Position numbers and translations under genes: made by a program. The notes beneath the pieces are model-generated. The model was not told the DNA's origin, ran no database searches, and saw only the letters and a program-made list of their open reading frames with translations. Positions 60,801 to 64,000 of a stretch of DNA of 64,000 bases are shown here, piece by piece. Position 1 is the first letter of the stretch, and each line of letters begins with the position of its first letter. Source of the stretch: Sphaerodactylus townsendi (taxonomy: Eukaryota); assembly GCF_021028975.2 (NCBI RefSeq), contig NC_059426.1:154380001-154444000 (forward strand), given 5' to 3'.

Positions 60801-62115
60801 TCTTAAAGATTGGTGTGACATTGGCCATCTTCCAGTCTTCAGGGATGGAGCCTGATTTCAGGGATAAGGAGATGTACTCCTTAACCTTCCACATAAAATT
60901 CAAGCTGACTTTTCCTGGATTTCCATGTATTTACTGTTTCTCCTCGTTACAATGTTTCTATACTTCTAAGTACTCAGCATATAGTTGAAAAGTTTACTAT
61001 CATTGGCATGTTTTGACAGATGTTAACAAAGACTGTATTCCAATCCAAAGCACTTGCCAAGTCTTGACTGAGTTTTTTCAGTTCTTGCTCTTCAGCAGAG
61101 TGACAAGTATTTGACTCTACTTTAGGTGGAAAATCTGTGATTGGAAGAAATTAGGCTTTTGGCTGCCCATGTTAGTTGCTGAAACTTGGTCCAATAATCA
61201 GACTCTGGTATGTTGCTCAGTAGTCTTTATTATGGATACGCAGCTCAGGCATACAAGTTCAAAGCCAGTTCTAAAGAACATGGCTAATTGACACACATTT
61301 ATCCCCACAGAATCCTCCCTCCCATATTCTCAGAGCAGAACATCGGGTAACCATTACTTTCAGTGGTACCTGGCACCAAGGTTATTCTACCAGTAGCAGA
61401 CAACAATATGGAGCCACCAGATTGCCAGCCCAGAAATCAGACAGCAACTCTTTCCCATGGTACCAGCATGTCACGGGAAACCTAGTTGTATAGAAGCAGC
61501 TCAGCAGCCATACGTTTAGGCCAAGACAAACTACTGAAAATATGGCTCGTACAGCAATGGTTACATATATCAAAAGCACATCAGACATGACCCTGGCAGC
61601 CCACCCCCATATTTCAACACTTACTTCCACTACTGATGGAAACGAGGGTGTCAAGAAAAAAATATTTGTTTTGTGTATTGAAATACAACTTTTAAAACTA
61701 AAAAAAAAAGTATCTCTTCATTTAATTTTTTTCCTTGATGTTCATAGAGAGCATGACAGAAGAACAGAATTTCACCGAGACTTCCTGCATGTTTCAAGCA
61801 TGGCTTTCTACCCGGAGCAAAAATTTTCTAAACAGATTTTTTTGGGAGGAACATCCCATTAGTTTATGTATACTTATATCAGCCAAAAAATGTACTAGAC
61901 TTGCTATTTAACGTTGTTTAATAGGCAAAGTTTGTACATGAGGGTTGTTTTTGGATCAAAGGCAGGTTATTCACCTGAAGCTCAAGGGCTTTCTTTCTTG
62001 GTCTCTCTCTAGGGGCAACAAAATCCAGCTTGCTTTCAGCACCAAGTATAGTCAGCATGTTTGTACCAGCACCGGAAGATTTTGCTGATGACCAGCCTAC
62101 AATGATGACAGACAA
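2352..62115 (+). CDS. UNC79: UNC79 (unc-79 homolog, NALCN channel complex subunit), internal part of a multi-exon gene; 23 exons visible
   Basis: The spliced translation runs collinearly [19 protein letters not shown]...[24 protein letters not shown]...SPFRSPFK...[30 protein letters not shown]...[22 protein letters not shown], matching vertebrate UNC79 as I recall it. GT-AG boundaries and phases are consistent except at the exon near 21304. Confidence 0.97.
2799..2989 (+). CDS. UNC79: UNC79 exon (VGGYWDKSC...EYREVL-S), phase 0-2
   Basis: ccctcag acceptor, AG|gtaaat donor. Confidence 0.95.
3402..3667. other. Assembly gap
   Basis: Run of N. Confidence 1.
4870..5730 (+). mobile_element. Degraded L1-clade LINE ORF2 endonuclease fragment
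   Basis: Broken frames give [33 protein letters not shown] and [11 protein letters not shown] motifs. Confidence 0.85.
6281..6404 (+). CDS. UNC79: UNC79 exon ([41 protein letters not shown]), phase 2-0
   Basis: ttccag acceptor, CAT|gtgagt donor; translated by hand because this frame is not in the ORF track. Confidence 0.95.
7568..7708 (+). CDS. UNC79: UNC79 exon ([14 protein letters not shown]...GNLAARR), phase 0-0
   Basis: ttttag acceptor, AGG|gtaata donor. Confidence 0.95.
8755..9003 (+). CDS. UNC79: UNC79 exon ([10 protein letters not shown]...SPF repeats...poly-Gly...FDLILKQ), phase 0-0
   Basis: ttttccag acceptor, CAG|gtgaca donor. Confidence 0.95.
9555..9700 (+). mobile_element. 5S rRNA-derived SINE
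   Basis: ctaagcagg..tggttagtacttggatgggagaccaccaaggaatacc. Confidence 0.8.
9862..10089 (+). CDS. UNC79: UNC79 exon ([11 protein letters not shown]...PKAEIRLV), phase 0-0
   Basis: tttttcag acceptor, GTG|gtaagc donor. Confidence 0.95.
10188..10402 (-). mobile_element. CR1 LINE 3' end with (TAAGAACA)n tail
   Basis: Near-identical to 59261-59480. Confidence 0.85.
11680..11821 (+). CDS. UNC79: UNC79 exon ([20 protein letters not shown]...[15 protein letters not shown]), phase 0-1
   Basis: tttttgtctaaag acceptor, ACAG|gtagaa donor; hand translation. Confidence 0.9.
12160..12320 (+). mobile_element. Penelope-like element terminal fragment with an inverted junction
   Basis: tggctggcatcttcaga-tca-tctgaaaatgccagcca hairpin; tail gtgattctggctgtgaaagcctttgataata shared with the 14861 copy. 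Confidence 0.7.
12380..13097. mobile_element. Tc2-type MITE with TA TSD and an internal ~300-bp palindrome
   Basis: ta|ccgtatatactcgcatataagccga...tcggcttatatgcgagtatatacgg|ta. Confidence 0.9.
14423..14502 (+). CDS. UNC79: UNC79 exon ([27 protein letters not shown]), phase 1-0
   Basis: ttttccacag acceptor, CAG|gtaacg donor. Confidence 0.94.
14861..15012 (+). mobile_element. Penelope-like element terminal repeat
   Basis: ctgaagatgccagccacagatgcagg..gaaac..aggag...ccggccgtgaaagccttcgacaatac; four copies in the window. Confidence 0.75.
14882..14924 (+). ncRNA. Minimal type I hammerhead ribozyme motif (Penelope-associated) with a mutated cleavage triplet
   Basis: Stem I tcct/agga, core CTGAAGA, stem II gccagc..gcaggt, GAAAC, then GAC instead of GTC. 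Confidence 0.6.
15790..17130 (+). mobile_element. Degraded L2-clade LINE reverse transcriptase region (boundaries approximate)
   Basis: [30 protein letters not shown] and WLKLNPNK remnants. Confidence 0.8.
15882..16206. mobile_element. hAT MITE nested in the L2 fragment
   Basis: 8-bp TSD gtccacga on both sides; TIRs cagccattctcaacc / ggttgggaaacactt. Confidence 0.85.
17346..17494 (+). CDS. UNC79: UNC79 exon ([15 protein letters not shown]...QDHMLIA-S), phase 0-2
   Basis: cacacag acceptor, AG|gtatgt donor. Confidence 0.95.
17553..17986. mobile_element. hAT-Charlie-like MITE
   Basis: Perfect TIRs caggggtagggaacc; perfect TSD gtttatag. Confidence 0.92.
18361..18518 (+). CDS. UNC79: UNC79 exon ([12 protein letters not shown]...DWKIRFEA), phase 2-1
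   Basis: ttctccag acceptor, G|gtaagt donor. Confidence 0.95.
19180..19250 (-). mobile_element. Penelope-like terminal fragment
   Basis: Reverse complement reads cctctgaagatgccagtcatagatacaggtaaaacattaggag. Confidence 0.65.
19283..19507. other. Assembly gap
   Basis: Run of N. Confidence 1.
20684..20865 (+). CDS. UNC79: UNC79 exon ([12 protein letters not shown]...TIKRPALQ), phase 1-0
   Basis: ccatag acceptor, CAG|gtgggt donor. Confidence 0.95.
21304..21510 (+). CDS. UNC79: UNC79 exon (...[49 protein letters not shown]); 5' ~60 nt corrupted, start approximate
   Basis: The 3' part is clean from 21363, with an A|gtaagc donor. The 5' part reads [13 protein letters not shown] in another frame and has no AG acceptor at the expected position. 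Confidence 0.8.
21611..22042 (-). mobile_element. CpG-rich 432-bp insertion of unknown family flanked by a 21-bp direct repeat
   Basis: tttatgtgctggttatatcct at 21590-21610 and 22043-22063. Confidence 0.75.
22043..22272 (-). mobile_element. tRNA-derived squamate SINE (Squam3-like)
   Basis: aacaaccctgtgaggtgggttggg..gagaatgtgtgact..cccaaggtca; tRNA-like head end actacactg. Confidence 0.7.
22346..22485. mobile_element. Palindromic Harbinger-like MITE
   Basis: ggctgattccgcatgg...catgcggaatcagcc with a 3-bp cct on both sides. Confidence 0.8.
22870..23278. mobile_element. hAT MITE (CAGRGGYGTA-type TIR)
   Basis: cagaggtgtacc...ggtatgcccctg; degenerate TSD tctatcag/tctaccaa. Confidence 0.65.
23639..23818 (+). 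CDS. UNC79: UNC79 exon ([32 protein letters not shown]...LPETLTTKI), phase 1-1
   Basis: Weak acceptor tttgaaaag; atypical donor C|gttgagtat is required by phase. Confidence 0.92.
25012..25336. other. Assembly gap hiding the 5' end of a UNC79 exon
   Basis: Run of N abutting coding sequence. Confidence 1.
25337..25388 (+). CDS. UNC79: UNC79 cassette exon, 3' part only ([18 protein letters not shown]); 5' part lies in the N gap
   Basis: Matches a recalled isoform segment ([14 protein letters not shown]); G|gtaaat donor in phase 1. Confidence 0.85.
26506..26621. mobile_element. Short palindromic hAT MITE
   Basis: cagtggtggcgaacctttggcactccagatg...catctggagtgccaaaggttcgccacc; TSD atctatgg. Confidence 0.9.
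26750..27036 (+). CDS. UNC79: UNC79 exon ([17 protein letters not shown]...FIAGIAQ), phase 1-0
   Basis: ctaacag acceptor, CAA|gtaagt donor. Confidence 0.95.
27796..27880 (-). repeat. (TTTA)n microsatellite tail plus LINE/SINE 3' end
   Basis: About eight ttta units followed by gccgcctc..gaggcggctcaca. Confidence 0.75.
28940..29093 (+). mobile_element. CR1 LINE 3' end
   Basis: Ends gatccagcaggctctttcttatgttcttatg. Confidence 0.85.
30959..31247. mobile_element. hAT-Blackjack-like MITE
   Basis: tagtgtgaccagatgtcccg...atctggtcacctta; TSD gtgttggg. Confidence 0.88.
31939..32241 (+). mobile_element. tRNA-derived SINE (Squam3-like)
   Basis: A box tggtgtcgtggttaag, B box gtttgattccc, (CAT)n tail. 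Confidence 0.85.
32562..34525. repeat. Complex array of ~165-bp monomers containing (TTAGGG)1-2, in alternating orientations
   Basis: Monomer aaataaaaataataagttagggttagggttaaggcaag...ctagggtgcagtcc.agaatagggctatggtcagttt...gggaacaatttatga occurs on both strands. Confidence 0.92.
35455..35637 (+). CDS. UNC79: UNC79 exon ([15 protein letters not shown]...LLVILYK), phase 0-0
   Basis: ttgcag acceptor, AAG|gtaagt donor. Confidence 0.95.
35659..35850. mobile_element. hAT MITE
   Basis: cagtggtgggatccaa...ttggatcccacctctg; perfect TSD gctgtaac. Confidence 0.9.
36822..36983. mobile_element. hAT MITE, CAGAGGCGTAGC family (partial)
   Basis: Homologous to the copies at 49213, 53933 and 62552. Confidence 0.8.
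37118..37753 (+). mobile_element. Young L2 LINE 3' end (ORF2 C-terminus, 3' UTR, (TAA)n tail)
   Basis: [49 protein letters not shown]; CpG-rich. Confidence 0.92.
38299..38592 (+). mobile_element. tRNA-derived SINE (Squam3-like)
   Basis: Homologous to 31939-32241. Confidence 0.85.
38874..39036 (+). CDS. UNC79: UNC79 exon ([21 protein letters not shown]...SRYSEKEK), phase 0-1
   Basis: ttgtgcag acceptor, G|gtacta donor; hand translation. Confidence 0.95.
40191..40331. mobile_element. Harbinger-like palindromic MITE
   Basis: Homologous to 1963-2113. Confidence 0.8.
41185..41385 (-). mobile_element. 5S rRNA-derived SINE
   Basis: ccatgtactaaccagggctgaccctgcttagc is the reverse complement of 5S-like sequence. 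Confidence 0.75.
41719..41871 (+). CDS. UNC79: UNC79 exon ((A)[17 protein letters not shown]...VEMNAQR), phase 1-1; tandem acceptor, exon starts at 41719 or 41722
   Basis: Long pyrimidine tract followed by CAGCAG; A|gtatga donor. Confidence 0.92.
42695..42879. mobile_element. SPIN/URR1-type non-autonomous hAT transposon
   Basis: cagtgtttctcaacctgggggtcgggacccctttgggggtcgaacgaccctttcacaggggtcgcctaagac...aggaaggttgagaaccactg; TSD gttaagac. Confidence 0.9.
42906..43055 (+). repeat. 150-bp direct repeat, copy 1
   Basis: 8 substitutions and no indels versus 46473-46622. Confidence 0.95.
43341..44546 (+). CDS. UNC79: UNC79 large 1206-nt exon ([11 protein letters not shown]...LGEQKDA), acidic/Ser-rich disordered region, phase 1-1
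   Basis: ORF 43265-44635; catccag acceptor, G|gtgagg donor. Confidence 0.97.
46473..46622 (+). repeat. 150-bp direct repeat, copy 2
   Basis: See copy 1. Confidence 0.95.
46820..47137 (+). mobile_element. CR1 LINE 3' end
   Basis: [20 protein letters not shown]; tail ccttccaactctatgattctat. Confidence 0.85.
47535..47853 (+). mobile_element. CR1 LINE RT fragment joined to a 3' end
   Basis: [35 protein letters not shown]. Confidence 0.88.
48683..48790 (+). CDS. UNC79: UNC79 exon ([36 protein letters not shown]), phase 1-1
   Basis: cttttgcag acceptor, A|gtaagt donor. Confidence 0.94.
49213..49400. mobile_element. hAT MITE, CAGAGGCGTAGC family
   Basis: TIRs cagaggcgtagc / gctatgcctctg; imperfect TSD gcacccag/agacccag. 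Confidence 0.85.
50956..51052. mobile_element. Short hAT-Charlie-like MITE
   Basis: TIR caggggtagggaacc; TSD gactatac. Confidence 0.9.
51620..51736 (+). CDS. UNC79: UNC79 exon ([39 protein letters not shown]), phase 1-1
   Basis: ctcgcag acceptor, G|gtaagt donor. Confidence 0.93.
52068..52210 (+). mobile_element. Penelope-like terminal fragment
   Basis: cctctgaagatgccaaccatagat...gattccagccatgaaaacctttgacaata. Confidence 0.65.
53933..54119. mobile_element. hAT MITE, CAGAGGCGTAGC family
   Basis: TSD cagcacat on both sides. Confidence 0.85.
56160..56548 (+). mobile_element. CR1 LINE 3' end
   Basis: [35 protein letters not shown]; ttcttatg tail. Confidence 0.92.
57840..57923 (+). CDS. UNC79: UNC79 exon ([28 protein letters not shown]), phase 1-1
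   Basis: tccacag acceptor, G|gttagt donor. Confidence 0.93.
58340..58530 (-). mobile_element. 5S rRNA-derived SINE
   Basis: ggtctcccacctaagtactgacc..ctgcttagcttctgagatctgat. Confidence 0.75.
59261..60866 (-). mobile_element. 5'-truncated CR1 LINE (~1.6 kb: RT domain, 3' UTR, (TAAGAACA)n tail)
   Basis: [51 protein letters not shown] and [25 protein letters not shown]; frameshifted middle. Confidence 0.95.
62013..62115 (+). CDS. UNC79: UNC79 exon ([35 protein letters not shown]), phase 1-2
   Basis: ctctctag acceptor, AA|gtaagt donor. Confidence 0.95.
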
Positions 62116-62551
62116 GTAAGTACTTGTCTCAAATGGCAATAACTTTGCCATTTGAGACCTACTACAGATATTTAATTTGTTCGTTTTGATGTATACCATG
62201 CCCTTTCCTAGTAAGCCAGACTCAGAGTGGCTCACAACATACAATAATCAATAAACAGATATATAAATATAAGGTTAAATATATAATTTAAAACATAAAT
62301 CCTAATATAATATAAAATGGTACCTTAAACTATATTCCTTCCTCACCTAGGGAAGAATTATCACCAACATGGTGATGGTGGACCAAAAAATGACAAGACA
62401 GAGGTGGCTAGACAAGCAGCAATCTCTGCAATCCAAGAGGAAAGCAGACAGACAGCTGAGAGAGGAGAAAAAGCAATTTGTTTGAGGGGGAAAGGGAGAG
62501 GGAAGGGAGACTAGCTAATAGTAACCTGTTGTTGTCCTCAATCATAGACCC

Positions 62552-62678
62552 CAGAGGGGCTGGGCGGTGCGAGGCGCACCGGGTGCGCACCCCTGTGGGG
62601 GTGTGGTGAGGGCGGGGCGGGGGTGGGTCGGAGGACGCACCAGTGCACTGGGCGCTTTCCCCCCTTGCTACACCTCTG
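62552..62678. mobile_element. hAT MITE, CAGAGGCGTAGC family (internally deleted)
   Basis: TSD atagaccc on both sides. Confidence 0.85.
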
Positions 62679-64000
62679 ATAGACCCAACATAACTTTTCT
62701 GCTTTTTAGACCCCACAGGACATGGGTCTCATGAGACAGAGTTCCACCAGTCTGTGGTCAAGGCCGAGAATGCTCTGGCCTTGTTTGAGACCGCTGGATG
62801 ATTGTAGGGCCAGGGATTACAAGAGAGTTGTTACCAGAAGAGCATCATGCTCTCTGGAGGTGTATTGGGAAAGGCGGTCCCATAGATACAAAGGTTCTAG
62901 ACATAAAGAGCGGACTTGAACAAGCAAGGCGAAACTGCACTTTGCAATTACAGTGAAATCAGTTATCTGTTTCAGAGGACTCCCATAGAGTTTTAAAGCA
63001 AGATTCAGTTGTGGATTAGATACAAATGCCAGTGAAAGAAAGAAAATTTTTACATGCAAGGGAGCTGAAATTTTAGTTTGCATGTTAGATCTGTGCAGTA
63101 GTTGAAAAGGATTCTGGGAAAAACTGAGCATTCATATGAAATGTGCACCATCATACTTCAGGAACAGAAAAACAGTGGAGGAACATTTCACGTTCTTATA
63201 TATTCTGTGTTTGACTTTGTGGCTTTATTACACAAAAGATTAAAAAGTGAAAGCTGACATATTTGAGAGAGTGACACACCTATGTGGGCTTCCAGTACCT
63301 ATATCTTCCATCTGCTTTATCATGCTGCTGGATTCACCCACTCGGAAAGGTGTTGTTGTCTCTGGATAAATTTTCGCCCATCTTTGGCAGGAGATGTTTT
63401 TGAATTCTGTCTGCAGTTTCTGTTAGATCTCATTTATTGGTCTCTGATCCGGCAAAGCCAAAGGGTTCATCAGTGTTTAACCAGCGGTAGCAGTGGTTGG
63501 AATGAACTGACTTGTGGTGACCCAGAAATGTGGTTGTGCTCTCCGTGCCTCATGGGGTTATACCAGCACTAGCACAAAAGCCCATTTTAAATTAAAATAA
63601 AATGGGCTCAAGAAGGGGGAGAGGGGGGCAGGGAAACCCTCCTCCTCCCTCTTCCCTCCAGGAATGCAGCCCATATTGTTTGGGGTGGTGGAGGTTCCTG
63701 GGTTGGGGGAAGGTGGGCGGGGACGGATGGAATGTTTTGAGTCCTACACATCCATTGGCTGGGGGTTCATCATCGGACATTGCATCACTTAGGCAATTAT
63801 GTATAAACATGACATGACAATAACATCACAATGAGGTTCTGGTAGCATATTTTGTGGGAAGGGCATTTTCTGTATCACACATGCTTATCCTGAGCCTCTG
63901 TAGGAGAGGCACTGCTGGAGTCAGTATGCAGTGTTGCACCACATGTGCGTGGTGGGCAGTATTTGCAACAGCCTACTTGGCATGCAGAAGGTTGCAAATT

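Overview
This is vertebrate genomic DNA, most likely a squamate reptile and probably a gecko, judging by the SINE, CR1 and MITE repertoire. It contains three assembly gaps. The window lies inside one + strand gene, UNC79, an auxiliary subunit of the NALCN-FAM155-UNC79-UNC80 sodium-leak channel complex. I can trace 23 internal coding exons from 2352 to 62115 with consistent splice phases; the start and stop codons lie outside the window. One exon (about 21304-21510) has a corrupted 5' end, and one cassette exon is cut by a gap. The introns are dense with CR1, L2, L1 and Penelope retroelement fragments, 5S- and tRNA-derived SINEs, and hAT, Tc2 and Harbinger MITEs, many with perfect target-site duplications (TSDs). 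The most unusual items are: a ~2 kb array of ~165-bp TTAGGG-bearing monomers in alternating orientation with a ~690-bp higher-order period; Penelope-borne minimal hammerhead ribozyme motifs; a CpG-rich antisense promoter-like insert with a 21-bp TSD; an atypical shifted-register splice donor; exons that begin with donor consensus; a poly-Gly expansion; a 150-bp direct repeat bracketing the largest exon; and a candidate unannotated 120-nt exon. Comparisons with mammalian UNC79 come from my recollection of the protein, not from a database search. No prokaryote-type system is present.
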